A stretch of 64,000 nt of DNA from Octopus sinensis (GCF_006345805.1 NC_043012.1:21824001-21888000); one strand, 5' to 3'; positions 1-12,771 are shown, numbered from the stretch's first letter. A program made the numbers and translations. The notes: generated from the letters alone by a model not told the origin.

Positions 1-304
1 GGGCCGACCAAAGCCTTGTGAGTGGATTTGGTAGACGGAAACTGAAAGAAGCCCGTCGTATATATGTATGTATATATAAGTGTGTGTGTTTGTGTGTCTG
101 CATTTGTCTCCCCAACATCGCTTGACAACCGATGCTGGTGTGTTTACGTCCCAGTAACTTAGCGGTTCGGCAAAAGAGGCCGATAGAATAAGTACTGGGC
201 TTACAAAGAATAAGTCCTGGGGTTGATTTGCTCGACTAACGGCGGTACTCCAGCATGGCCGCAGTCAATGACTGAAACAGGTAAAAGAGTAAAAAGTAAA
301 AGAG
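1..304 (+). mobile_element. SINE family A, 3' part (cut by window edge)
   Basis: Same sequence as full copies at 20095-20528, 44537-44928 and 50676-51097 (gccttgtgagtggatttggtagacggaaactgaaagaagc, internal (TA)/(TG) tract, AAAAGAGT-type tail). Confidence 0.85.
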
Positions 305-624
305 CGTTCAGTTCATCACTATACATATCCATCATATTCTGTTAAAATATCTTATTGATGAGTTTTATTTCTTCATTTCCCTGAAGAGAAGATTACATTG
401 TTTTACACCATTTTATTCCTTTGGAATAATACCAATGATATGTTCGAGACATATCGAAAGTAAAAGAATTTGAATAACACCTGTGTTTAACTCCATTTAT
501 TTATTTATATATATTATACAAAATATTTCATGTAAACCCGGAGTTTCTACCTTTAAAAACAAGGTGTTACACCCTTTTTACTTGTGTGATCTTTTGCTAC
601 CCTGGCAACTATTTATCTATTTTT

Positions 625-650
625 CCGCGTAGAGCGGGTCACCTCAGCTA

Positions 651-651
<1 letters not shown>
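625..651 (+). mobile_element. Possible Helitron 3' terminus
   Basis: Short GC hairpin ccgc-gtaga-gcgg (625-637) followed by CTAG (648-651) then T. The 5' TC end was not located. Confidence 0.35.

Positions 652-720
<69 letters not shown>
652..720. repeat. (TA)n microsatellite
   Basis: Uninterrupted TA dinucleotide run. Confidence 0.97.
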
Positions 721-726
<6 letters not shown>

Positions 727-1165
727 CGATATTCTTCCCTGTGTTTGAGAAAGTTTTGCATCTCTGCCGTAAGGCTTCATTTCCACACACGCCAGATGAA
801 TTCAATTCATCCCCAATCGAAAGGCGCCTGTTGTTATGTCCTGTTATTATTATTACTATTATTATTTTTATTGTATTTTGTATTTATATTTGTGTAACAT
901 CATCTGTTTTTTCGTCCTTGTTTTTGTATACATTCGATGCTTTCTTCCAAGGAATCTAATTCTCTTAGCTTAGTTTTTCCTTGGGGCTGGCCAGACTGGA
1001 GCAATCTCAAGATTAATCAGCTGAAATTGCAAGGATGATCCTGTTCTTGACTGAGGATAGAAAGCTTGGAATGACCTGTCCTTGTTTTTTGTATCGTCTA
1101 TCTGGATGTTTTGTTGTCCCTTTTTGTATCACCTAGTTGTCCGGATGTTTTGCATTGTTGTCCCA
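721..1165. repeat. Unclassified interspersed-type repeat between TA tracts (Penelope pLTR-like?)
   Basis: Bounded by (TA)n on both sides, with internal subrepeats gtccttgtttttgtat / ggatgtttt. Class is inferred only. Confidence 0.35.
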
Positions 1166-1173
1166 ATTTGTAT

Positions 1174-1234
<61 letters not shown>

Positions 1235-1255
1235 ATGAATATATGTATATATATG

Positions 1256-1308
<53 letters not shown>

Positions 1309-1363
1309 ATATATATATATGTGTATATATGTGTGTGTGTGTGTGTATATATATGTATATATA

Positions 1364-1404
<41 letters not shown>

Positions 1405-1425
1405 GCATACATGTATATATATACT
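1166..1425. repeat. Compound (TA)n/(TG)n microsatellite
   Basis: Alternating TA and TG blocks; source of spurious YIYI/CVCV ORFs. Confidence 0.95.
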
Positions 1426-3004
1426 GGATGTATGACAAGAAACCAAAAAACGAAAAAATGTTTTTAAACTGTTAGAGAAAGTTTTTTGAACAAACATTTT
1501 ACCTTTAATTTAAAGACTTAGTTTATAAATCAACAATTAAAAAAAGCAAGTGGAAAAAATCATTAAAATCGTAGTCAATTTATTAATTCAGGTGGGTAGT
1601 ATGTTACTTATCTGTGATTTGTGAAAAAAAGAAGAAAAATACTTTTTCTGTCTCTATGGATATTCTGTTGATAATAACAGGGTTTCATTTGATGATCTAA
1701 AACAGCTGTTTAAATTGGATTCACTTGGGAACAACCAGGAGCAATGAATTCATGTTACACGCAGAGAAGTGTCAATTGTAATCAAATCTGAATGCACAAA
1801 TGTAGAATAATCACAGTTAATTTAACACATTTAAAAATAACTGCTTGTAGCTATAGTAAACTCTATTATTTTGTTGTTAAATGAACTTATTTTTATAAAC
1901 TTCAGTTTATTTTTTTCAATTTTCCCAATGCTCCAGTATTAACTGATAAAGTATGCATATTGTTGCATCCTCCTGTTGATATAATAATAATATGGATTTG
2001 ATGAAATCTGCATATTTGTTTGCATCTATAATATTAAGTTTGTATTTTACACTTAGATGTTCTCTGCTTATTTTAACAATGGAAATTACCTTTGTCATGT
2101 GACTCCTTTCCATTTAGTGGTCATTGATTCCGTCTTTGACAGAATTTGAACTCATAACTTACAAACTCAAAACTCAAGCTCTTTAAACATTCAAGGCTCA
2201 GCAATTATACTTCATTTCATAATTATTTATTTTATATTCTTAGATTTGGTATAAGTAGCAGTTTCCATTTTTTAACTCCCTAACAACAGTTTCTTATAAG
2301 GAACTGCGATGCTATGCTTAAATACTTAGGTGTGTAGCAAAAGTATGTTTTAGTTAAAGTTAATCTAGTAATGCTGAAGTATGAAAAGCCTTGCAAGACT
2401 ACAAAGTTCAGTTAGGTGGGGGGAGAGGACTTTATGCAAGGAGAATAAAGAATAGAAAGGAGTAAAGTACAAGAGAATGTGGGTGAAGTCGAGGAGTCAC
2501 TTGCTAAACAGCTACTTACATTTTAGATGAGAGGGTGGAAGGTAGGAGTAGTGTTTATTTTTCTCTGTTTTGGTAGTGTGTTAATTTTTATACCATTTTA
2601 TTACCTTCTCAACTTAGCTTTTACTCTACTGCTTTTTGTTATCTTAAGGTACATATCTTTTCTGAATGTATTTATATTTTCTCAATATCAAGTGATTTCA
2701 AAGACTTTGGCCAATGTCATTCTGATTACATACTCCAACCAGCAAATTCATGTTTTATTTCAAGTGTAACCAGCTTTCTTTTAGAACTACTTGCTTAAAA
2801 TCTTGGTGAACCAGTAAATCACTCAGATTTTCAACAGACAATGATTATAAAACAACTTGTTTTTAATCATTAATGTTGCTGTTAAGGAGTCTGATATTGA
2901 TCTTCAGTCTATATGTTTGACCTCAAACATATTTTGTTTCACTTGACTGACCTTCATTACCTTTATTTATCAAGCTTCTAAAGATATGAGAAGCCATTAA
3001 CTTC

Positions 3005-3407
3005 TAGTTAGTTAGTTAGTTAGGCTCAAAAGCAAATAGCAAGGCCATGTAGGGGGACATGGAGTTAAGTACAGGGTGGTGTTCATGTAAAGAGTTCAGG
3101 CCACTTGAGGTCCAGGGAGGCTTTGAACAAAGCGGTCGTCGGCATCTTCACCATCTCGTCTGGCAGCTTGTTCCACGGATCCGCAACCCGGGACGGAGAA
3201 AGCTCCTCTCCTTCGATTGAGATGAAATCGTCGCAGGTAGAGCTTTTCGGAATGACCCCACAGCCGACGCTCTGGAGCAGGAGTGAAGAACAGCTCTTTC
3301 GAGAGGTTACACTTTCCGCTTATGATGTTGTGGGCGAGAATGAGATCACGGCGGCGGCGTTTTTCAAGAGAATAAAGGTCGAGCGTCCTCAGCCTTTCTT
3401 CGTAGGG
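3005..3407 (-). mobile_element. CR1-clade LINE 3' fragment (ORF2 C-terminus, 3'UTR, (TAAC)n tail)
   Basis: Minus-strand translation PYEERLRTLDLYSLEKRRRRDLILAHNII...GHSEKL...PWNKLP matches the CR1 ORF2 C-terminal motifs. Near-identical to 45597-45910, with one extra C near 3190 causing a frameshift. Confidence 0.9.
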
Positions 3408-5033
3408 TTACTCATTCACAGCATTGGGAAAAATGAAGTTGATGTTCTTTGACATAACTTGTCATATAGGTATATCGGTTAAACCTGGTTTATCCTAATG
3501 TTGCATAATGCTTGTTATACTTGCACATGTTGTTGCTAAAGAAATCATGGTTAAGTCAGTAATTTACTAAATGTAGGGCTGTTTGCTGGAGAAAGAGGAT
3601 ACTCTAAAGTATATCAGTCTATTGTGAAGAGGAAGGTTAGTGAGATGATAGATCTTCATATTGAAGTTGGTCATTTTGGAATGACTTGAATTTCTCATAG
3701 AATTTCCTTGTTTTTGACAGATACCTTATATGAACCTAGCATTGGTGTGGGCTGTTATGCATACTGCCAAATGAGTTTTTGAAGTCAAGTTTAATAATTG
3801 AAGGAATTGCTGCTCTATGATGTTTCTCTGGGTAAAAATCTAATCTTTGTCTCTTATTTATGAAGCATGATTAATCTTTTCACTGTTGCCATTAGTTATT
3901 CTATGTCCATAGTCCAAATGAAGAAGGTGGGCAGAATCAAAGTTCAATGGTTATAAATTGACATGATATACTTTTCTTTTCTCTCTATTCTCTGTATCTC
4001 TTACACTGCTGTTTGCAATTCATTATATAAAGTATGTTTTGATAATGACAAACTAAAGTCTTCTTTTATTGATTCATTTAAAAAATGATTTTTTAACATT
4101 ATATTCACTTAAATTCCTTTGTTGAAGAGATTCGCTTCTTTTCATTCTTCTTTGACTTCAATTATTTTTGCAAATAATCTTTTACAGTCTTCTTGGTGTT
4201 GCCTATTATTTCCTGTTTAGTGGACACCTTTAATTTTCTTGAACAAGTAGTTCAAAACAAATATAAATACAAAGTTTTCATACTTCATCACATTGTTTTG
4301 AAAAACTGCTGGATCACATAAAACTGGTGCTTCATTGTAGCAGTAAGAAAATAATAGGTGCTGGTAACATTCCCTGAAGAATTTGTTTCCATTGCTGATA
4401 TGTAATTGAACTGAGGCTTGTATCAGTTATAAATCGTTTTGGTGAATGACCAGTGTTTTGTCCTATTCTGCCTCATTCAGATTTGGTTATTTATATTAGT
4501 AGTTAAAACTATGTTTTTGAGTTGATATGTAGCAACATTCCAGAGCAACACAACAAGGTGCTAAGTGTTCTGCAAGATCTTCAATAGATATTCCAGTCAT
4601 TTAAATTTTATAAAGCTTCTTCTGGTACTGTAATCTTCACAAAAGCAATGTATATATGTATTCCCTTTTTACAACTGAATGGGGTTAAATAGCTAGGATT
4701 GAAATTCCTTCTCTGGTTCTGCATATCTATATAATAATCTGCTTGTTTGTTCGCCTATTATACATTAGTTAGTTAGGGAGGTGGAGGTGGAGTAAGAGAG
4801 AGGGGGGTGAAGAAAGAGAGGAAGAAGTAGAAAAGTGATTAATATTAATACACTTAGGCCAAATGTGTCATGTGGTCAGCTGAAAATAGAGGTGAAGAAT
4901 GAGAGAAAAAGAGGGAGAGAGAAGTGTTAACGATGTGCAGTGGGGTGGGGGAAGGAATACTTACTACATGGTTAAAAAATTAGCTGAAGAGAAAGTGAAA
5001 TAGAGAGAGGACAGTGAAAGCAGTTATATATAT

Positions 5034-5077
<44 letters not shown>

Positions 5078-7879
5078 GCAGATAGTGGTGGTGGGGGGGT
5101 TGTATTGATAATAAAAAGTTTTCTTTTCATTGAACTATTTTTTTTTCATAGTGACCATCACTTAATGCCTAAGTGTAATTATTTATCATTTGCTTGCTTG
5201 AAAAATTATTTGTTTATAAGGGCTAATTTAGCCTAAACTTTGGGTTTACAAGAAACACAATGTTGCAAGCTGCCCGAGAAAGGATGCACAGATGTAGAAC
5301 ATGGATCAAAGAGGAACAGTGAGAAAATACAATAAAAAGAGGAAAAAGACAACACTGACAGAGACATGAAGAAACGAATGTTGGCGAACGTTAAAAATAC
5401 TTAAAGAAGCTAAACTATGAATGCTGTAAAAATGCAAATCATCCTTTCTTTCTTAAGTAGGTCCTCTTAATTTTCCATTCCATGGAATTTCCACAGGTCC
5501 CACTAGTAAATATATAATTGAGGAGTTGATGTATTCAATTGTATAAAAAAAAATCAACTCAATATAGAGTTGTATATTATATAGAAGCTGAAACTTTCAT
5601 TATTTGCACTCCAAGTTTCACCTTCGAGTATGCACATGCAGCAGACTCACCCAGGATTGGTGAAGCTTCAGCTCCAATATTCTGTATTTGTGTGTCTTTA
5701 AACCAGCGCCTTTTTTTTTGTCATGTTGTGTCTCTTTATGTGTCATAACTTATCAAATCAATAAGTAAGTTAATTTTTTTTTTTAAAGTACCAGATTGAA
5801 AAATAAGTGCTGGAATTTATATTATTGATTAAATTTTTGAAGCTAGTGTCACAGCATGACCTCAATCCAATGATTGGAACTAGTTATAAAATAAAAGAAT
5901 ATAGATGCTTGTGTGCATTATCAAATATTTTAATGCTTTTTTTTTCTAAATTAAATAATTTCAAACATTATATAATTCAGAAATTGAGGCATGTTATGGT
6001 TTAGCCCAGTCATCTCTGATCCACCTTCCTATAATCAAAGATGTTCCCATTAAGACCATCTTGACTTTTTATAATATCTAATCTGTACTTCCATTTTGAA
6101 GATGGTATGGTGTAATTTGAGGAAAATTTGACTACTATTTCTAGTTGATCAAATGGTTACCTACAGGTTCCTTCACTGACATGTGGAGCTGGGGTTTTGT
6201 ATACACAGATATGTTTTAGCTGAATCAAGATGTCAAGTAAATCATTTGGTAAAGCTATACCATATATAATTAATATAATTCATTCTGTTCTTTTTTAATA
6301 GCATATAAATCAATCTAGATATTAATTTGCACATCTAGACAGATTTTTCTGTGATCTTATTTATTTATAGATACTGTGATGGTGTTTTGTTTCTGTAGTT
6401 CTTCTTTTTACTTTGTATTTTTCAAAATAAACCTGTTCAAAATTAGTGTGATGTGATCTATGTAAAATATATATAAATGTGATGTGATCTATGTAAATAT
6501 ATGTATTTTTTTTTTGTTTTTAGTATATTTTTCTTAATTTATGTTTTTCAGTTATAGTTATTTTATAATATAATTTTCTGAGCTATCAATTTGATTTATT
6601 TTTTCTAAATTTTGACATATGTATAAATTTCCTTGCATTTTATTTTAAATACTTTCTTTTTCGTACATTTTCTTTCTAACTCAGTGCGTTCATAGTTAAT
6701 GTCACAGAGTGTTTGTTTTCAAACAAGTATGGATAGAGTAGCCCTCCCAGCAAATTTTTCCTTTTCATTGTTTCTTGTCAGGTTTTGTTATATCTGGTTT
6801 GAAATGTCAAAATTAGTCTTTCAAAATATTCAGTTTGAACATTCAAATACCTATTTTCTCATGGTCAGCTGTATATGGACTTTATAGAGTTAGAAACCAG
6901 TATAAACTGTACATATTTGTTCCTAAAATAGAATAAATTTAGAAAGTTTCTTATAGAAAAATATCATAATTAGTTTCAATATTTTGTTTCATCTAGAATA
7001 TATCTTAGCACTAGCCCTAATCTTTCATTAGTCATAAACAAATTCAAAAAGAGTCTAGATCTACTGCTAAAGGTTAAAAAAGACTAAAATATTTTACCAC
7101 TGATTTATTTTTGAACCCAACCAATACCAGATACTTAGCCCCAGTGTATCATGTGGCCTGCTTCTTGAAAAAGGTTGCCCATGCCTGATATGGAATCTTC
7201 CTTGTTTGCTTAACTTGCAGGCAGTTATTCATATATATGCCATATTATCTTATGATGTGTTGATAAGTCTTAAGTGAATATATGTCACGAAGGAAAGTTG
7301 CAATTGCTGAGTGATTAAGGTGTTGATATCTCATCTGTGTGGAGTGGAGTTAGATTATATCTTGTTACTTGTACTGTGATATGTCATAGGCAAGACACAA
7401 AGCCTCTCCCATCACCATGATCTATATAGAGAAAAGATAAGTATCAAGATCATTGGTTGGGCAGAAAATCAGTTAGCTAAAAATTGTCATTTATTTTGGT
7501 GGTTTATCATGTGTTGTCAGCCATAATATACCCTGATGAACCAAATCAGTGACTCACATTTTATTCCCAGTGATAACTAATGTATTCACTCTCTGTTAAA
7601 GTTCCTGTGAAAGGCATTGATAAGGATCACAGTCCCCATTTTCTTCATCTCTGGAAGTTGTTAGCTCGTTAAAAAGCCACTGATAGATACCTTTTATCAT
7701 GGAAGCTGAGTTAATTGGTTTGTTAATCACAATTATTTTCATAGACTATCTTGATAGTGAATTTCTCACATGAAAATAAAAGGTTAAAAGCACTGTGTAA
7801 TATGATTTTTGTCTTTGGGTAGCAACTATTATTTCCTATTCGCTTAGTCCTAGAAAGTATGAAAATGGCTAATATTTCC

Positions 7880-8090
7880 TTCAAACTTTGCTTTTGTTAC
7901 ATTTATTCAAACCCCAAAGAATTCCACTCAACACTGGCTATGATGCTCCCCCACTACTACTTCTCATGATTAGAGAGGCACATATTGTTAGCCACTGAGG
8001 GACATGCACAAGTGGTGAAGGTGAAGCAATTGACAGGCAATCTGTGGTATTGAGCAGAATATTTGCTATAATGATATTTCTGCTTCAGCA
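7880..8090 (+). repeat. Unclassified interspersed repeat (copy 1)
   Basis: Aligns by eye with ~60130-60310 (ctcaacac.tggctatgatgct.ccc.cactact...catattgt.agccact.agggacatgc...aatctgtggtattgagca.aatatttgct). Confidence 0.7.
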
Positions 8091-8845
8091 ACTCTGCACT
8101 GAATCTGTGTGAAATGTAATGGAAAATAGGTCACTTTCAAAACATTGATGCCCAAGTCACAAAAGCAAAGTTTGAAGGGAATAGCAGTCATTTCCTTTGA
8201 ATTCTAGATAGAAGCAAACAAGAAATAACGCTGACCAAAGACAAACAAAAAAAAAAACAAAAAATTGTTACACAGTTAATGGGTTTTGAGTGTGCTTGTT
8301 CAGAACTGTCTTAAAGATGTTACTTTTCTGTAGTTAAAAACATCTACTAGTCTAACTTGCAGCATTTTATTTTGATGGTGTTTAAAGTGTCTCATGTTTC
8401 AGCATATATTTGTTTGACCTCTTGAAAGAAATGTATCTTTAGTTTTACTCAACTTTTCCTCTTATGTTGTTGTTATACTGTGTATTGTGTATGACTTGTG
8501 TATAACTGTTATGTTTAGTACTTTCTAACTAAGTCCACCAAACTGTAAATAGGTACCTCTAAGAAGATATATCAGTGCATACATGATTGCATATAAATGT
8601 TTTGTTGCTTTGGAGTGCTGAGATCAAATCTTTTCAGAGATAGAAGCTTAGAGAAGAGTGAAGTCTGCTACACTGACTTGCCATAGTAACAAATACCAAA
8701 TGAAAACAAGATCTGTGTCATGTCATATTGCCTAAGTGTCATGTCATATTGCATTTTAGGAGTCATAAATATACACACTTTTCTGTGGTTTATATAATGT
8801 TTCAGAGATAAAGAATTATATTTATGCTTAAAGAGTTTACAAATA

Positions 8846-9610
8846 GTGAATTCAAAAGAGAGGTTGATACAATACCAAAAGAGAATGCAAATTGTTGAGT
8901 TTGCAGAGTGCCTGATGGTTCAAGTATACAGGGGTGCTAGAAAGAAGTTAGATAGCATTATATGTCATGATACCAGTAGTACTTGCCCTAGATATAGGAG
9001 TGAAGACTGGAATAGAATACAAAAAGATTTTCACAAAGCAAACAGGGTGAACACGTGGTACAAAACCAACAAATATCAAGGAGTGATGTTTGTAGAGGCC
9101 ACAGCCCATGGAGAATTAGCCCATATATTTAGGAAAGCTCTGAAGGAGGCCAAACTCAACATTAGGATCAATAAAAAGCCAGGGAGCTCTATCAGATCAC
9201 AACTATGTAGGATGTACCCCTTTGAGAATACCACATACACCAATGACAACTGCATAGTATGTAAGATTAACCCTGGCATTAACTGTAGAACTAGAAATGT
9301 AGTCTACAGCATAAGGTTCATAGAAGGTGCTTGTAAAGACGAGAACATGATATACATAGGTGAGACATCTAGGAGCATTGCAGGGAGACTGAATGGACAT
9401 TTGAGACAATATGACAACAAAAAACAGTCCTCCAATATGACAACAAAAAACAGTCTACCAACATGCCAAAGACCGGCATGGGGGCACACTGGGTCAACTT
9501 GACATCCATATTTTACCCAAGCACTCGAATGACCCAACACTCAGACAAATACAGGAATAGTCCTCATAAATGAAACATCTCCAGTACTAGATGGGAAATA
9601 TACGTAGCAG
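8846..9610 (+). pseudogene. Penelope-like element, RT thumb/linker plus C-terminal GIY-YIG endonuclease, disrupted
   Basis: ORF contains Cys-rich linker CIVC..NC, NVVY and YIGETSRSIAGRLNGH (GIY-YIG signature). After a short internal duplication at 9407-9455 the frame resumes VYQHAKDRH...TLRQIQE, typical of the PLE endonuclease end. Confidence 0.85.
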
Positions 9611-9639
9611 GTAGTCATACCCCCATACCCACAGTTTTT

Positions 9640-10200
9640 ATATATATACAGGGAGAGTAGTTAGTAGGCTGTTATGTGGATGTATGTATATGTGTGTGCA
9701 TGTGTGTATATATGTGTATATATGTATATACTTATATCTGTATGTATGTATGCATGTATATGCATATATATGTAGGTAAATGGATATGAATGTAAACAGA
9801 TAGACATACAGATTGATAGGTACACAGGTAATATGGACGGACAAGTACACATGCCCACATACATATGCAAATGAAGACTGAAATACACAACCATATACAC
9901 ACATGCACGCACACTTCACACAAGACACATATGGAGAGACACTTCCATACATAATAGACGCACATACAGTCACAAAAACCCCATACACAGACACATTCAG
10001 ACATGCACACACAAGGAGACAGAGGTACACACACACGAACACACAAACACATGAATATGCAGAATACATACAAATATACACACACGCATATATATATATA
10101 TATATGTATGCGTACACACATACATGCATTCACACACACATACATACATATGTGTATGTGCATGCAAACTGACCCACACACTTGCACACAAACAAACAAA
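9640..10200. repeat. Degenerate (CA)/(TA)/(TG) low-complexity tract
   Basis: Dinucleotide-rich composition throughout; produces several artefactual ORFs. Confidence 0.9.
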
Positions 10201-10394
10201 AAGAATTCAGCTCAGATAATGGACGGCGTCAATGACTATTGAAAAGGTTGCAAGACGCAATAAAAATTTTAGAAAAAATAAATTAGTAAATGAGTGGAAA
10301 TTGAACCGGTGCATGTGTTAAATAATAAGGCTCTAAAAGAGAATGATTCTCCCCAGACACAATAAATAACTATAGATTTTCTTTTTATATATTA

Positions 10395-10805
10395 TTACTA
10401 TTTTTGTCTGGATTAAATGTTCATGCTACTATCATTGTCAACCAATTTAATGTCTGTTAGTTGGACTTGAATATTTTATTATTATTTGATTTGACTCAGG
10501 TTTGGTCTTATTCCTGGTAGGATTTATGTGGGTAGCAGGTTAACCTTAGGTATTCACAGGTTTGCAGTTGTCTTTCAAATGTTTAGAACCCTCCCGATAA
10601 TTTTTGTTGTCCTTAAGAGACAAACTTTCTGTAGGAGCTCTACCGTACATTCTATTCCAATCTCCTTCAGCCATTGGTCCCTTATTGGTCTCAGGGCACC
10701 AATTATTATAGGCACGACCATGACAGTTCTCATATTCCAGATTCTTCCTATTTCAAATTTTAAGGGATTGTATTTTTGTTTGTTTTTCACCCTCTTTCTT
10801 TTCAA
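10395..10805 (-). mobile_element. R4/Dong-clade (RLE) LINE 3' fragment
   Basis: KYNPLKFEIGRIWNMRTVMVVPIIIGALRP...LQKVCLLRTTKIIGRVL matches the R4/Dong C-terminus (KY.L..EI.R.W...V.PIIIGALG...LQK..LLGT..I.R.VL). Confidence 0.8.
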
Positions 10806-10809
10806 TCAT

Positions 10810-11862
10810 GGAATGGCAGAATCATTAGCACACTAGACAAAATGCTGCTAAGCATTTCAACCGTCTTTACGTTCTGGTTTCATACACCACCAAGTTTGAT
10901 TTTGCCTATTTTAGGATGAAATCGTTTTGGAGTCAATAAAATAAGTATCAGTTGAATACAGGGGGCTGATGTAATTTCTCCCTCGCCACCAGAATTTCAG
11001 GCCTGTGATTATGGCAGAAAGGATTGTTATTATTATAGTTTACTTCTCGGAGCTCTCAGTCTTTCTTGCTCTGTCTAATTCTGTAAGAGTAGACAGCATC
11101 CTGTTATCAGAGGGCTCTTTCCACAAATTATAAAAGTTGGTACTTAGTGTTGTTGTTGTTGTTAAGGAAAGCTGGCAGAATTATTAGCACACTGGGCAAA
11201 ATGCTGTTTTTGTGTTCTGAGTTCAAATTCTGCTGAGGTTGACTTTCACCCTTCTGGGGTCAATAAAATAAGTGCCAGTTGAGCACTGGGATTGATATAA
11301 TTAACTTAATCCCTACTCTGAAATTGATAGCCATGTGCCAAAATTTGAAACCATTGTCATTATTTTGAAGGCAGCAAGCTGGCAGAATTGTTAACTGGAC
11401 AAAAAGCTTTGTAGCATTTCATCTATCTTTATGTTCTGAGTACTAACACTACCGAGGTTGACTTTGCTTTTCATCCTTTTGGTGTCTGTGCCATAAGTAC
11501 CAGTTACGCACTGGGTTGATGTAATCAACTAGCCCACTCCCCCAAATTTCAGGCCTTGTGCCGATAATAGAAAAAATTATTATTAAGGTGATGAGCTTAC
11601 TAACCACCTAGGTTTGATGTAATTGATTCCCCCTCCCCTCAAAACCAGCTGTGATGAAATTATTATTATTGTTGTTGTTATTAAGTACCAGTGAAACACT
11701 GGATTCAATGTAATCTGCTAGTCCTCTCCCCTAATATTTGAGGCCTTGTGCCTAATATTATTATTATTATTATTATTATTAAGGTGGCAAGCTCGCAGAA
11801 TCGTTAGCATGCCGGGCGAAATACTTAGCCATATTTTGGTCATCACTATGTTCTGAGTTGCC

Positions 11863-11898
<36 letters not shown>

Positions 11899-12355
11899 GG
11901 TGGCAAGCTCGCAGAATCGTTAGCATGCCGGGCGAAATACTTAGCCATATTTTGGTCATCACTATGTTCTGAGTTCAAATTCCACTGAGGTTGACTTTGC
12001 CTTTCATCCTTTCGGGGTCGATGAATTAAGTACCAGTTGAGTACTGGGGTCGATGTAATCAATTGGTCCCCTTCCCCAAAATTTTCAGGGCCTTGTACCT
12101 ATAGTAGAAAGGATTGTTATTATTATTATTATTAAGGCGGCGTGCTGGCAATCATTAGTATGCTGGACAAAATGCTTAGCAATATTTTGCCCATCGCTAT
12201 ATTCTGAGTTCAAATTCCACTGAAGTCGGCTTTACCTTTCATCCTTTCGGGGTCAATAAAACACGTACCAGTTAAACACTGGGGTTGATGTAATCGACAC
12301 GTCCCCTCCCCCAAAATGGCTGCCCTTGTGGCAAAATTTGAAACCATTATTATTA
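10810..12355 (+). mobile_element. Head-to-tail cluster of tRNA-derived SINE family B (at least 5 near-full copies plus fragments) separated by (TTA)n/(GTT)n
   Basis: Repeated A-box tggcagaatcgttagc, B-box gagttcaaattcc and central gcctttcatcctttcggggtcgat..aagtaccag. Copies start near 10810, 11165, 11368, 11897 and 12134; a head-only copy is at 11781-11859. Confidence 0.9.
11037..11140 (-). mobile_element. R4/Dong LINE extreme 3' end fragment
   Basis: Aligns with the 3' end of the element at 56641+ (ttctc.gagctctc.gtc...tctgt.aga..agacagca..cctgtt.tcaga). Confidence 0.65.
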
Positions 12356-12480
12356 TCCAGCCGTAGAAACACTGCCAGATCTGACTGGGCCTGATGAAGC
12401 CTTCCGGCTTCACAGACCCCAGTTGAACCGTCCAACCCATGCTAGCATGGAAAACGGACGCTAAATGATGATGATGATGA
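12356..12480 (+). mobile_element. RTE LINE 3'-UTR fragment with (GAT)n tail
   Basis: Same terminal sequence (ccaacccatgc.agcatggaaaacggacg.taaa(tga)n) that follows the RTE ORF end at 34268-34755; near-identical inverted copy at 51740-51892. Confidence 0.8.
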
Positions 12481-12729
12481 TTATTATTATTATTATTATT
12501 ATTATTATCATCTTATAATAATTCTGCTTGTCATTGCATTACTTAGCCTGTCGATTGTTAATGCTTTCACATGATTAGAGAAAAACAGGGAGAGAGAAGC
12601 ATCCATGAGGTGAGGTAGAGGGAATGTAATTGTAACGCTTTCACGTGACTAGTTGAAGAAGAGAAAGATAAAGGGGAAAGGAAAAGAGGATAAGGTGAAG
12701 AGTGAGACAGAAAGTGGGAGAAAGAAAAA

Positions 12730-12771
<42 letters not shown>

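Noticed and set aside
1051-1070. CTGAGGA-TA-GAAAGCTT hammerhead-like string
   Set aside because: Only 2 nt lie between the core and GAAA, so there is no stem II, and stem I register does not fit.
1082-1497. ORFs rich in [12 protein letters not shown] (also 9638-10242, 29569-29842, 39403-39819)
   Set aside because: These are translations of dinucleotide microsatellites, which lack stops in some frames.
6447-8752. Small local duplications (20 bp at 6447/6478; 17 bp at 8715/8736)
   Set aside because: Ordinary slippage duplications with no associated structure.
10810-12355. Repeat-spacer appearance suggesting a CRISPR-like array (also subrepeats 49860-50085)
   Set aside because: Units are ~200-bp SINEs or LINE UTR subrepeats in eukaryotic DNA; there are no short constant repeats with unique spacers and no cas genes.
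12391-12412. CTGATGA followed by perfect hairpin gaagcc-ttcc-ggcttc in the RTE 3'UTR (also 51825-51845 reversed)
   Set aside because: The hairpin is followed by TCAC instead of GAAA, so there is no hammerhead core; it is probably just the LINE 3' stem-loop.
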